The notes under the pieces: model-generated
The model's input: only the letters and a program-made list of their open reading frames with translations
Told to the model about the DNA's origin: nothing
The model's database searches: none
Shown here: piece by piece, positions 32,901 to 42,076 of the stretch
Layout of the letters: each line of letters starts with the position of its first letter
Numbering within the stretch: the first letter of the stretch is position 1
Program-made: the position numbers and the translations under genes
Origin: Alphaproteobacteria bacterium
GTDB lineage: Bacteria; Pseudomonadota; Alphaproteobacteria; CALMVH01
NCBI GenBank assembly: GCA_965199265.1
Contig: CBDAQV010000010.1
Span: 53,345-117,344 of the forward strand
Length of the DNA: 64,000 nt
Direction: 5' to 3'

Positions 32901-33471
32901 CACGGGTACCCAGACCGCGACGGCGTTCACCTGCACCCGCTCGGACGGGACCTTGGAACCGGATAGCTATTGCACTGCGCCGACTGAGGCCTGTACGGAT
33001 TACTCCAGCTGTACGTTTACCTACCAGCCTGTCAACTACAGCTACAGCAACACGTGCGCACCTGCCGATTGCGGGGCGCCCAGTCACCAGGAATTGGCAA
33101 GCTGGCAGTGCGAGCGCTTCCCGGACGGCACGATCGTCGACAACAGTTATTGCGTAAACAACCAGCCGCCTCCAGGACCGGTTTGCTACAATTACTCAAG
33201 CTGCTACACCTACACCTCGTCCAACCCGACCTACGGGGCCTGCGTGGCAAGTTGCAACGGCTCGACCCCGGTCGGCACCGCGACCTTGCCCACGGCAACC
33301 GACCCGGTGCTTGGAACAAGCTATTACGACGGGTTTACCTGTACGCGCTCCGACGGCGTTATCTTCAGCGGTGCTGGCGATGCGGAGCAGGGATGTCAGG
33401 CGCTGGTGGGCAGCTCGACCCTTCCCGCCAGCATCTCGTGCACCCCAACAACGCCGGCGACTTGCCATTGA
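29908..33471 (+). CDS. Large Cys-rich surface protein: pilin-like N-terminal helix plus about 17 thrombospondin type-1-like repeats
   Basis: MANLLIAIIGIVFAAALATAGISY hydrophobic helix; repeated (W/Y)GxCSxTCGxGTQT...C..SDG...C...C-x5-C; about 104 Cys by manual count. Confidence 0.82.
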   Translation: MANLLIAIIGIVFAAALATAGISYLNPSAFVEHRQATAGTSQIEALAADYQNLSMNLGHRPTAADYAAQYPKQSANSQYSYSSAGSSTTVTTNADQGNTAGVKWTFVPGCGTASNGTVQDCFCTTISDGSDLTYKAAKMSALSEMDSTSLSRVEYGSSCSGSNNVTDPHAWPAAAPANGYTLTLRMQGGTPSAATATPFYSYNPVPVTTCPLGCGQSIPRVLVSWSCVRSDGQTVAQSYCASGPPTDLGTCQDTTYCSVQGAAVVSGYGPCIGGVQTLQWNCYANGVKLNSNQCTPPPNLTQTCGTSNNNNNYTYAVSNAQYGTCTAACGSSTAPVASWTCVRSDGTTVSQSDCTSAGVTPAATQACTSYATCVASSPVYGTCSATCGTGTAPLVSYTCADLAGNSVASSNCPSPAKTQACTSTTSCTYTANASTYGTCTPACGSSVAAAGSNWTCMQSDGTSVSQSVCLAHGVSPTSQACTNYSLCTPENVVYSPTCSNTCGTGTEALQSWTCGFLAQTASQSQCTAPAATQACTGYSGCSYTASNPTAYGSCSTTCGTGTQTATAFTCTRSDGTVVAQSNCTAPTTSCTSTSQCVLHNSYGPCSATCGAGTQTLKGSTCTDSNGNSAPTADCKTPPSTLICTSTSGCSYVAGLPSAWGACSTTCGVGTQTATTYPCTRSDGTSEPQGDCTAPVRACTSTTQCIPHASYGSCSSTCGTGTQVLLPGWTCTDSTGNAAPALNYCTAPIGIASCTVTSGCSYTASNPTAYGSCSTTCGTGTQTATAFTCTRSDGTSEPLSACTAPTKSCSSNTGCVATPTYGACNTTCGTGTQTLTSWTCDTSGGSVVTPASTYCPTPPASSESCTATSGCTYTASGGSNWGACSTTCGTGTQTAGTFTCKRSDGTVVAASNCTAPTQSCTSTSQCVVHASYGACNATCGAGTEALNSSWTCTDANGNAAPTRSDCTAPAGSMACSAYTGCTYAASAPTAWGACSSTCGTGTQTATAFTCTRSDGTLEPDSYCTAPTEACTDYSSCTFTYQPVNYSYSNTCAPADCGAPSHQELASWQCERFPDGTIVDNSYCVNNQPPPGPVCYNYSSCYTYTSSNPTYGACVASCNGSTPVGTATLPTATDPVLGTSYYDGFTCTRSDGVIFSGAGDAEQGCQALVGSSTLPASISCTPTTPATCH
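30844..33468 (+). repeat. Intragenic tandem repeat, about 160-180 nt units in alternating A/B types
   Basis: 15 consecutive six-Cys modules (last two longer and divergent); A units carry C(T/V/K)RSDG, B units often carry CTDxxGN. Confidence 0.85.
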
Positions 33472-33601
33472 TCCCAAGGCAACCTCCTGTATAGAGAACA
33501 GGGCTGTTCATCACGGTCGGCACGACCGGAATCAACAGCTCTCCCGCTGCGACGCACTGCTTGATCCATTCTGGAAATACTTCGATTGATCGAGCTGCGG
33601 C

Positions 33602-35788
33602 TCAGCCGGAACGCGAGTAGCTCGTTTCCTCTTCACGGTCGAACAGGGCCATTAACAGCCGCAGGTTCCCCCATTTCTGCCCGGACAGGTTCGGATCCTG
33701 CTCAAGCGCCAGCTTCGCCTGCGCATCGGCCACGGCGATCAGGTCGACATGGGCGTTGAGGTCGGCCAGACGGTATTCGGGCAGGCCGCTTTGCTTGGTG
33801 CCCAGCATGTCGCCCTCGCGTCTCAGCCGCAAATCCTCTTCGGCGAGGAAAAAGCCGTCCTCGCTTTCGCGGATGATGCGAAGCCGCTCGGCGGCGATGC
33901 GCGACAAGCCCGGCGAGTAGAGAAGCAGCGTGGTCGACTGATCCGTGCCGCGGCCGACGCGGCCGCGCAGCTGGTGCAGCTGCGCCAGCCCGTAGCGCTC
34001 GGCATGCTCGATCACCATCACGGTCGCGCGCGGCACGTCGACCCCGACCTCGATCACCGTCGTCGCGACCAAAATCGACATCCGGCCCGCGCCGAACGCC
34101 TCCATCGCGGCCGCTTTCTCGTTCGGCTTGAGGCGGCCGTGCACGAGGCCGACCCTATCGCCGCCGAACCGTTCCTGCAGCAGGATCGCGCGCTGTCGGG
34201 CGGCGGCGAAGTCGCTTTGCTCGGTTTCCTCCACCAGCGGGCAGACCCAGTAGACCTGCGCTCCTTCGACGATCTTCCTGCCGATCGCGGCGAGCAGGTC
34301 CTCCAGCCGGTCGAGCGGCATGACGCGGGTGTCGATCGGCTTGCGTCCCGCCGGCTTCTCGGTCAAGCGGCTGATGTCGAGGTCGCCGTGCATGGCAAGG
34401 CTCAGGGTGCGCGGGATCGGGGTTGCGGTCATCAGCAGCATGTCGACGCTCTGGCCCTTGGCCGCCAGGGTCAGGCGATTGTTCACGCCGAAGCGATGCT
34501 GCTCGTCAATGATCACCAGCCGCAAATTCCGGAACTTCGCCGCGTCCTGCAGCAGCGCGTGCGTTCCGATAACGATCTTGAGGCTGCCATCGGCAAGCTG
34601 CTTCAGGACGGGGCTGCGTGCTTCGCCTCGCCCATGCCCCAACAGCAGGCCGCATTCGACACCGACGGCGCGGCACAGAGGCTCGATCGACTTGAGGTGC
34701 TGGCGGGCAAGGATTTCGGTCGGCGCCATCAACGCCGCCTGCCCGCCGGCTTCAACCGCGAGCAGCATCGCCAGAAGGGCGACGATGGTTTTGCCGCTGC
34801 CTACGTCACCCTGCAGCAGGCGCATCATGCGGCGGCGGCTCTGCATGTCGGCGGTGATTTCCGCAAGCGCCATGGTTTGCGAATTCGTAAGGCGGAAGGG
34901 CAGGGCGGCCAGTGCCGCTTCCCGCAGCGAGCCGTCTCCAACGGTAGCCAGCCCCGGCTCGCGCTTGAGCCGGCCGCGCAGCAGCGCAAGCGTCAGCTGG
35001 CTGGCCAGCACTTCATCGTAGGCAAGACGCGTTCGCGCCGGCGCTACGGCTTCGAGGTCGGCACTCGTCGAGGGACGATGCGCGGCCTGCAGCGCCTCGC
35101 GCCAGCTCGGCCAGCCGCGCTGTCTCAGCAGCGGGCCGTCGATCCATTCGGGCAGGTCGGGAACAAGCTCCACCGCCCGGGATATCAGTTTCTGCAAGGT
35201 AAGCGCCGGCAATCCCTGCGTGCTGCGGTACACCGGCTGCAGGCTTCCGACTTCGCCAAGGCTGGTGATCGGCAGCACCAGTTCGGGATGCGCCATCTGC
35301 AGGAAGCTGTCGTAACTGTCGAGGTGGCCGCTGACGATCCGTTCCTCGCCGATCGGAAGCATTTTTTGCAGGTAGCCGCCCGACAGCTTGAAGAACACGA
35401 GATCGAGCGAGCCGGTCGCGTCCGAGACATTCACGCGGTACGGCCGGCCGCACCGCGGAGCTGGCCGGTGCGCGTCGATGCGTACGCGCAGGGTCGCCGG
35501 AGCGCCGATCCGCGCCTGCGAAATGGACGGGATCAGGCGGCGGTCGAGCAGGGAGAACGGCAGGTGCCACAACAAATCCACGACTCGTGGACCGGCCGCG
35601 CGGCGAATGAGCGGCGCGAGCCGCGGCGTCACGCCCGGAAAATCCTCCACGGGCGCGAACAGCGGCTCCAGCTCGGAGCTGAGGCGCTCGCCGGTTACGA
35701 GTGCGGTGTGTTCTTGTATCGCTCGATCCCGTCCACGATCAGCTGCTTGGCTTCTTCGGGACCGACCCAATGGCTGACCTTGACCCAT
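33602..35788 (-). CDS. recG: ATP-dependent DNA helicase RecG (start uncertain)
   Basis: [40 protein letters not shown]. Confidence 0.95.
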   Translation of the reverse strand: MGQGQPLGRSRRSQAADRGRDRAIQEHTALVTGERLSSELEPLFAPVEDFPGVTPRLAPLIRRAAGPRVVDLLWHLPFSLLDRRLIPSISQARIGAPATLRVRIDAHRPAPRCGRPYRVNVSDATGSLDLVFFKLSGGYLQKMLPIGEERIVSGHLDSYDSFLQMAHPELVLPITSLGEVGSLQPVYRSTQGLPALTLQKLISRAVELVPDLPEWIDGPLLRQRGWPSWREALQAAHRPSTSADLEAVAPARTRLAYDEVLASQLTLALLRGRLKREPGLATVGDGSLREAALAALPFRLTNSQTMALAEITADMQSRRRMMRLLQGDVGSGKTIVALLAMLLAVEAGGQAALMAPTEILARQHLKSIEPLCRAVGVECGLLLGHGRGEARSPVLKQLADGSLKIVIGTHALLQDAAKFRNLRLVIIDEQHRFGVNNRLTLAAKGQSVDMLLMTATPIPRTLSLAMHGDLDISRLTEKPAGRKPIDTRVMPLDRLEDLLAAIGRKIVEGAQVYWVCPLVEETEQSDFAAARQRAILLQERFGGDRVGLVHGRLKPNEKAAAMEAFGAGRMSILVATTVIEVGVDVPRATVMVIEHAERYGLAQLHQLRGRVGRGTDQSTTLLLYSPGLSRIAAERLRIIRESEDGFFLAEEDLRLRREGDMLGTKQSGLPEYRLADLNAHVDLIAVADAQAKLALEQDPNLSGQKWGNLRLLMALFDREEETSYSRSG

Positions 35789-36234
35789 TTCCCGGGCTCC
35801 AGATCCTTGTAATGGGTAAAGAAGTGTTCGATCTGCTGGATCGTGATGTCCGGCAGATCCTTGTAGGTTTTTACCGAGCTGTAGAACGAGTGCAGCTTGT
35901 CCACAGGAACCGCCAGAATTTTTTCGTCAACGCCGCTTTCGTCTTCCATGAGAAGCGCGCCGATCGGGCGCGAGCGGATGACGACCCCGGGAACGACGCG
36001 GGTCGGTACAACGACCATGCAGTCGGTCGGGTCGCCGTCGGCCGACAGGGTGTGCGGGATAAAGCCATAATTGGCGGGGTAGAACATCGCCGTGTTCAGG
36101 AAGCGATCGACGAACATGGCGCCGGATTCCTTATCCAGCTCGTACTTTACCGGCGCGCCGCCCTGCGGGATTTCGATCACGACGTTCACGTCATCGGGCG
36201 GGTTCTTGCCGAGCGGTATCTTAGTTATATCCAT
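35695..36234 (-). CDS. ppa: Inorganic pyrophosphatase
   Basis: KYELDK, YPANYGFIP, DGDPTD, DEK, HFFTHYKDLE. Confidence 0.97.
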   Translation of the reverse strand: MDITKIPLGKNPPDDVNVVIEIPQGGAPVKYELDKESGAMFVDRFLNTAMFYPANYGFIPHTLSADGDPTDCMVVVPTRVVPGVVIRSRPIGALLMEDESGVDEKILAVPVDKLHSFYSSVKTYKDLPDITIQQIEHFFTHYKDLEPGKWVKVSHWVGPEEAKQLIVDGIERYKNTPHS

Positions 36235-36271
36235 AAGCTGTTTTTCTCTTGGGTTTGGTCAGGATGCGCGT

Positions 36272-36580
36272 ATGAAGCCGGATTGTGGTGAAAATGCAAT
36301 TTATACCCGGCGCAAGCGGGTGAAATTTCGTGCCTGGCATCGCGGAACGCGCGAAGCCGACCTGCTGATCGGCAGTTTTGCCGACAAGATCGTGCCCGAA
36401 CTTGACGAACGGGGGTTAGACCAGTTTGAAACACTCCTCGAATGCCCCGATCCGGATATATATGACTGGATGACGGGGCGGAGCCAGCCGCCCCCTTGCC
36501 ATGATCACGAGATCATGCGCCGTTTGAAAGAGTTCCGTTTTGTCAGCAACAACCGCCAGAATATTGAACAAGAACGATAA
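36272..36580 (+). CDS. sdhE: Succinate dehydrogenase flavinylation factor SdhE/Sdh5
   Basis: FRAWHRGTREADL (RGxxE); usual position upstream of mfd. Confidence 0.9.
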   Translation: MKPDCGENAIYTRRKRVKFRAWHRGTREADLLIGSFADKIVPELDERGLDQFETLLECPDPDIYDWMTGRSQPPPCHDHEIMRRLKEFRFVSNNRQNIEQER

Positions 36581-39500
36581 TCCTGCGTCGCAGACGATTG
36601 CGGGCGTGCCGGAAGGCTACGAGGGATTTGTACTGGCCGAAATGGCGCGAGATGCCGCCGCTGGTATTCTTCACGTCGCCTTGGACGAGCCGGCGCTAGA
36701 CCGGATCGCCGACGAACTGGCGTTCTTCGCGCCTGAACTCGCTGTTCTCAGGCTTCCGGGCTGGGATTGCCTGCCCTACGACCGCGTCTCGCCCAATCCC
36801 AACACGATCGCCCGCCGCCTCGACACGCTGACGGAGCTTGCGGCTTCCGCAGGCGGAAAGCGCGTGGTGATAACCACCGTGGGGGCGGCAACGCAGCGCC
36901 TGCCGCCTGCCGCGGCCTTGTCCTCCGCGACCTTTCGCGCGCAGGTCGGGCAACGCATCGATGTGGAAGGTTTAAAAAAGTTCCTTGCGAACAACGGCTA
37001 CCATCGTACTGAAACCGTTCGCGAAACCGGAGAGTACGCGATACGGGGCGGCATCGTGGATTTGTTCTCGTCCTCGCTCGACGAGCCGTTGCGCCTCGAC
37101 ATGTTCGGAGATGAGATCGAGCGCATCCGCACTTTCGATCCGCTGTCGCAACGCACCACGGGCGAGCGCAAGAGCGTAATCTTGAAACCGGCGGCCGAGG
37201 TGTTCCTCGACCAGGAATCGATCAGCCGCTTCCGCGCGGCCTACCGTCATGCCTTCGGCGCGGTGCTTGAGGATGATCCGCTCTATGTCGCGATCAGCGA
37301 AGGCCGCCGCTTCGCCGGCATGGAACATTGGCTGCCGCTGTTTTATGAACGGCTGGAAACCGTGTTCGACTACATGCCGGGCGCGCTTGTCACCCTTTCG
37401 CCGCAGACAAACGAAGCGCGGGACGAGCGCTGGGCGCATGTGCGCGACTTCCACGAGGCGCGCGTTCTGCGCCAGGCGATCGACAAGAAGGCAAAACAGC
37501 CGCAGTACAAGCCTGTCGAGCCGGCCTTGCTGTACGTGGATCCTCCGGAGTGGATGGAAATCCTGTCGCGGCGCAATGTCACGCGCTTCGCCTTGTTTGC
37601 CCCGCACGAGGAATCGTCCGCCGAGGACGCGGGCGGCCGGCGCGCGCGCGATTTCGCCGAAGCGCGCAACCGCCAGGACGTTAACCTGTTCGACGCCGTG
37701 GGCGAGTACCTGCGCGGGCTGATCGAAAGCCGCAAGCGCATCCTGATCACGGGGTACAGCGCCGGATCGGTGGACCGGCTGGGCTCCGTTCTGGCCGACC
37801 ATGGTATCGAGCCGATCGAGCCGGTGAACAGCTGGGCCGACCTGTTGAAGTTGCCGATCAACACCGCGGGCCTTGCGATCCTGCCGATGGAGCGCGGCTT
37901 CACCGCGCCCGCGTTCGCGGTGCTGACCGAGCAGGACATCCTCGGCGACCGCATTGGCCGCCCGCGCGTGAAACGCAGGCGCAGCGACAAGTTCATCCTC
38001 GAAGCGGCCTCGCTGGCGACAGGCGACCTGATCGTGCACGTCGAGCACGGCATCGGCCGCTACGACGGCCTGGAGACCATCGAGGTCGCCGGCGCGCCGC
38101 ACGAGTGCCTGCGCATCCAGTACGAAGGCAATAACAAGCTGTTCGTGCCGGTCGAGAACATCGACGTCATCAGCCGCTACGGATCGGAGGACAATGGGGT
38201 CGCACTCGACAGGCTGGGCGGGGCAGGGTGGCAGGGCCGGCGCGCGCGCATCAAGAAACGGCTAAAGGATATGGCGGACGCGCTGCTGAAAGTCGCCGCC
38301 GCGCGGTCGCTGAAGCGCACGGACCCAATGTTCGTGCCGGAAGGCCTCTACAACGAATTTTCGGCCGGCTTTTCTTACACCGAGACCGACGATCAATTGC
38401 GCGCGATCGAGAACGTGACCGAGGACCTTTCCTCCGGCAAGCCGATGGACCGGCTGGTATGCGGCGATGTCGGTTTCGGGAAAACGGAGGTCGCGCTACG
38501 CGCCGCGTTTGTCGCCGCCATGGCGGGCAAGCAGGTGGCCGTGGTCGTGCCCACGACTCTGCTCTGCCGTCAGCACTTCCGCAATTTCCGCGAACGCTTC
38601 GGCGGCTTCGACCTGAAGGTCGGGCAGCTGTCGCGCCTGGCCAGCGCGATCGACGCGAAAGCGGTGAAGGCTGGGCTGGCCGACGGCACGCTGGACATCG
38701 TCATTGGCACGCACGCGCTGCTGAGCAAGGGCGTCGAGTTCGCCCGGCTCGGCCTGGTCATCGTCGATGAGGAGCAGCGCTTCGGCGTCAAGCAGAAGGA
38801 ACGGCTGAAGGAGATTTCCGAAAACCTTCACGTCCTGACGCTGACGGCTACGCCGATCCCGCGCACGCTGCAGTTGGCGCTGACCGGAGTCAAGGAACTG
38901 AGCCTGATCGCCACCCCGCCGGTCGACCGGCTGGCGGCGCGCACGTTCGTCCTGCCGTTCGACCCCGTCACCATCCGCGAGGCACTGCTGCGCGAACGCT
39001 ACCGCGGCGGGCAGAGCTTCTACGTTTGCCCGCGGCTGGAGGACATGCCCAAGGTCGAGGAGGAACTGCGCCGCCTGATGCCTGAGATCAGCATCATCAC
39101 CGCGCATGGCCAGCTGACCCCAACCGAACTGGAGGATCGCATCGGTGCGTTCTACGAGGGCAAGTATGACCTTCTGCTCTCGACCAACATCGTCGAGTCG
39201 GGCCTGGACATCCCCCGCGCCAATACGATGGTTGTGCACCGCGCCGACCTGTTCGGCCTGGCGCAGCTTTACCAGCTGCGAGGCCGAATCGGTCGGTCGA
39301 AGCTGCGCGGGTACTGCTACCTGACCTACGCGACTGACAAGAAGCTTACGATCTCGGCCGAGCAAAGGCTCAAGGTCATGGAGACTCTGGATACGCTAGG
39401 CGCGGGGTTCCAGCTCGCCAGCCACGACCTCGACCTGCGCGGCGCGGGCAACCTGCTGGGCGAGGAACAGTCCGGGCATATCCGCGAAGTCGGCATCGAG

Positions 39501-40037
39501 CTGTACCAGCAGATGCTGGATGACGCGGTCGCCGCCGCCAGGGCGGGCGTTGACGCCGAAGCCGCCGCTTCGGGCGAATGGACGCCGCAGATCAACCTTG
39601 GCCTGCCTGTCATGATTCCAGAGGAGTACGTCCCTGATCTGACCCTGCGCATGTCGCTGTACCGGCGCATCGCCGGATTGCAGGGCAAGGCGGAAAACCA
39701 GGCCTTCGCCGCGGAGCTGGTGGATCGCTTCGGCCCGATGCCGGAGGAGGTCAGGAACCTGTTGGAGATCGTCTCGATCAAGCATCTGTGCCACGCGGCC
39801 AATGTCGAGCGGATCGATGCAGGCTTCAAGGGTGCGGTGGTAACCTTTCACAAGAACACTTTCCCCCGCGTGGACCGGCTGGCCGCGTTCGTAACCAAGT
39901 ACGCGCATTACGCCAAGCTGCGACCGGACGGTAAACTGGTCTACGCAAAAGCTTGGGCGGACCAAGGCCTGCGGGTAAAGGGGGCGATCAACCTGTTGGC
40001 GGCACTCGGGAATCTGTTGAGCGATCAACAGGGTTAG
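36540..40037 (+). CDS. mfd: Transcription-repair coupling factor
   Basis: [47 protein letters not shown]. Confidence 0.98.
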   Translation: MSATTARILNKNDNPASQTIAGVPEGYEGFVLAEMARDAAAGILHVALDEPALDRIADELAFFAPELAVLRLPGWDCLPYDRVSPNPNTIARRLDTLTELAASAGGKRVVITTVGAATQRLPPAAALSSATFRAQVGQRIDVEGLKKFLANNGYHRTETVRETGEYAIRGGIVDLFSSSLDEPLRLDMFGDEIERIRTFDPLSQRTTGERKSVILKPAAEVFLDQESISRFRAAYRHAFGAVLEDDPLYVAISEGRRFAGMEHWLPLFYERLETVFDYMPGALVTLSPQTNEARDERWAHVRDFHEARVLRQAIDKKAKQPQYKPVEPALLYVDPPEWMEILSRRNVTRFALFAPHEESSAEDAGGRRARDFAEARNRQDVNLFDAVGEYLRGLIESRKRILITGYSAGSVDRLGSVLADHGIEPIEPVNSWADLLKLPINTAGLAILPMERGFTAPAFAVLTEQDILGDRIGRPRVKRRRSDKFILEAASLATGDLIVHVEHGIGRYDGLETIEVAGAPHECLRIQYEGNNKLFVPVENIDVISRYGSEDNGVALDRLGGAGWQGRRARIKKRLKDMADALLKVAAARSLKRTDPMFVPEGLYNEFSAGFSYTETDDQLRAIENVTEDLSSGKPMDRLVCGDVGFGKTEVALRAAFVAAMAGKQVAVVVPTTLLCRQHFRNFRERFGGFDLKVGQLSRLASAIDAKAVKAGLADGTLDIVIGTHALLSKGVEFARLGLVIVDEEQRFGVKQKERLKEISENLHVLTLTATPIPRTLQLALTGVKELSLIATPPVDRLAARTFVLPFDPVTIREALLRERYRGGQSFYVCPRLEDMPKVEEELRRLMPEISIITAHGQLTPTELEDRIGAFYEGKYDLLLSTNIVESGLDIPRANTMVVHRADLFGLAQLYQLRGRIGRSKLRGYCYLTYATDKKLTISAEQRLKVMETLDTLGAGFQLASHDLDLRGAGNLLGEEQSGHIREVGIELYQQMLDDAVAAARAGVDAEAAASGEWTPQINLGLPVMIPEEYVPDLTLRMSLYRRIAGLQGKAENQAFAAELVDRFGPMPEEVRNLLEIVSIKHLCHAANVERIDAGFKGAVVTFHKNTFPRVDRLAAFVTKYAHYAKLRPDGKLVYAKAWADQGLRVKGAINLLAALGNLLSDQQG

Positions 40038-40088
40038 CGCTTTCTTAGCCATGACGGGAGTAGACTTACGCCAAACAAGGGAACGCCT

Positions 40089-40451
40089 ATGTCGTCCAGC
40101 CCATCGTCCCGTGTCAGGGAAATCGTTGTACAGGCGCGTGGCAACCGCAGCCATGCGGAACGCCTGATCCGCGACGCGATCGCGCACGATCCCCAGTTCC
40201 TGCGTCAGCTGGTTGAGCCGTTCCTGCCCGGAATCATTGCCCACGCTCTGTCGCGCGAAACAACTCAGGCGGCCCAGACTGTATCCAAGCCGCTCTCCGA
40301 AATCGGCATGGAAGCTTTGATGCGAGGACTCGGCAGCAAGGTGGAAACGCATGCGGCAGCAGCATCCGGCAAACTTCATACCGGCAGCGGCCATGCCGAT
40401 ACCATACGGGCCCTCGCCGAAGCGCAGAAGCGAAGGCGCGATCGCGCCTGA
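40089..40451 (+). CDS. Hypothetical protein
   Basis: AAGGGA RBS; 120 aa, helical-looking; no recognised domain. Confidence 0.7.
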   Translation: MSSSPSSRVREIVVQARGNRSHAERLIRDAIAHDPQFLRQLVEPFLPGIIAHALSRETTQAAQTVSKPLSEIGMEALMRGLGSKVETHAAAASGKLHTGSGHADTIRALAEAQKRRRDRA

Positions 40452-40621
40452 TACCGATCCCGGCTGATCGAAGCCTGTTTGCGGCCTTTGGCTTGACCGC
40501 GGAGTACAGCGGCACGGCTGAGTCCGCGATCAGGCCCGATCCCGGATTGATCCGGCGTCGCGGGATGACAGGAAAAGACAGGTCGTGATCAAGCGGATTT
40601 GGCATGAGCCGTTGCGGTCCG

Positions 40622-42076
40622 CTACGATTTCCGGCGCAGGTACAACGTGACGGTATTGCCTGACATTCCCCAGGCCGGAAAAACATCGACGCGAGTGAAA
40701 TCCATCCGGCACGCCGGTAATCCCCAGACGATCCCGTAAGCTCCTGACGACTGGTAGGGCCCGGACTTCGCGATCACCCACTCGGGCGGCGTCGCGCAAG
40801 ATTGGGCGAGCGGCACATACTGCAGAGGCACGCCGGTTCGCGATGCATAGAAGCTCAGCTCCGCTGTGTTGCTCCAATCCGGGCCGGTCCCGCCGTAACT
40901 TGCCGGCCCTTTCGAAGCCATGACACGGACCGCATCGCTGTAATGTCCTCTGCCGGCATTCAGGAACATGAACAGGGAAACGGCGTTGCCGGCCAGGACT
41001 CCCCCGAGCGCAAGCGTTGCGAGACCACGGCTCCAGATACCTTTTTTCCATGCCATCGCCGCAAGCTCGGCGCTGCACAACAGGAAGGCCGTTCCGCTGG
41101 TCAGGAAATAGCGCCTGACTTCGGCGTTGGGCATGTGGACCAGGAAGAGCGCCGCCGGCAGGCCCAGCGTAAGGCTCGCGTACAAATCCGGACGGCTGTT
41201 TCCAGGCCCACCCCAGCGCAGGCACAACAGCGCTGCGGCGACCGCGACCAGCAACCCTGTCCAGGAAGGATATGGGTCGGGCACGCCGATGACGACCTTG
41301 ATGATTCCACCGTAACCGGAAATGAAGTCCGCAGGCGTAAAGGGCTTCAGGTAGCCGAAATGCAGGCCATGGCTGCGCACGACTGTCAACAGCAGCAGCA
41401 AGGCGACAGGCGTGACAAGGTAGAGGGCCGGTTCGAAGACGAACACGGTCGCCGCCAACGCCGCCCGCATGCTGCGTGCATGCCGTACGGCGCGCGCGAG
41501 CGTGAACAGGCCAAGCGTCGTGGCGGCCGCGATCATGTTCAGGTGCATGAGCATGCCAAACGCGGCGGCAAGCCCGAACTTGAGCCGGTGGCCTCCAACG
41601 GCAAGCTGCCGGTCGAGGTAATGGATCGCCAGCACCGTGCACAGGATCAATCCGGCATAGCCGCGTGCCTCCGACCCGTAGTTGACCATCGGAAAGGACA
41701 CGGCGAAAAGCAGCATTCCCAGCAGGGCCGCCCCTCTACCGGCCGGAGCCAGCACGATCCCCGCGGCGGCGACGGTTGCCGTGCCCAGCAGGATCGAGAA
41801 CGCGCGCTGCACCTGAGGCGCGGCCGCGGGACCGGTGAACCAGAGGTAGAACGAGTTCAGGAAATGATTATTGTCATGAGCAAGCAGGAACACCTTGCCG
41901 GGTGAATGAAGCGGCTCGACCAGCCTCAGGCTGGTGATCTCGTCCATCCACAGGTCCCCGCGCGCTCCGCAGATGCGCAAGGCGAGCCCGAGGACAACAA
42001 TTACCGTGGCCGCAAGGCGGAATGCAGTCGGAGCGCCGTCGGCCCCCCGGGCCAAGGCAACGGCGAACCGGTTCAC
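40622..42076 (-). CDS. Multi-TM GT-C/PMT-like glycosyltransferase
   Basis: ALRI...DLWMDE, EARGY and many TM helices; GTG start overlaps the bphP stop (GTGA). Confidence 0.75.
   Translation of the reverse strand: MNRFAVALARGADGAPTAFRLAATVIVVLGLALRICGARGDLWMDEITSLRLVEPLHSPGKVFLLAHDNNHFLNSFYLWFTGPAAAPQVQRAFSILLGTATVAAAGIVLAPAGRGAALLGMLLFAVSFPMVNYGSEARGYAGLILCTVLAIHYLDRQLAVGGHRLKFGLAAAFGMLMHLNMIAAATTLGLFTLARAVRHARSMRAALAATVFVFEPALYLVTPVALLLLLTVVRSHGLHFGYLKPFTPADFISGYGGIIKVVIGVPDPYPSWTGLLVAVAAALLCLRWGGPGNSRPDLYASLTLGLPAALFLVHMPNAEVRRYFLTSGTAFLLCSAELAAMAWKKGIWSRGLATLALGGVLAGNAVSLFMFLNAGRGHYSDAVRVMASKGPASYGGTGPDWSNTAELSFYASRTGVPLQYVPLAQSCATPPEWVIAKSGPYQSSGAYGIVWGLPACRMDFTRVDVFPAWGMSGNTVTLYLRRKS

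Noticed and set aside
30844-33468. Periodic DNA that could suggest a CRISPR array or a diversity-generating retroelement
   Set aside because: The repeats are in-frame coding units differing at synonymous sites; no spacers, cas genes or reverse transcriptase
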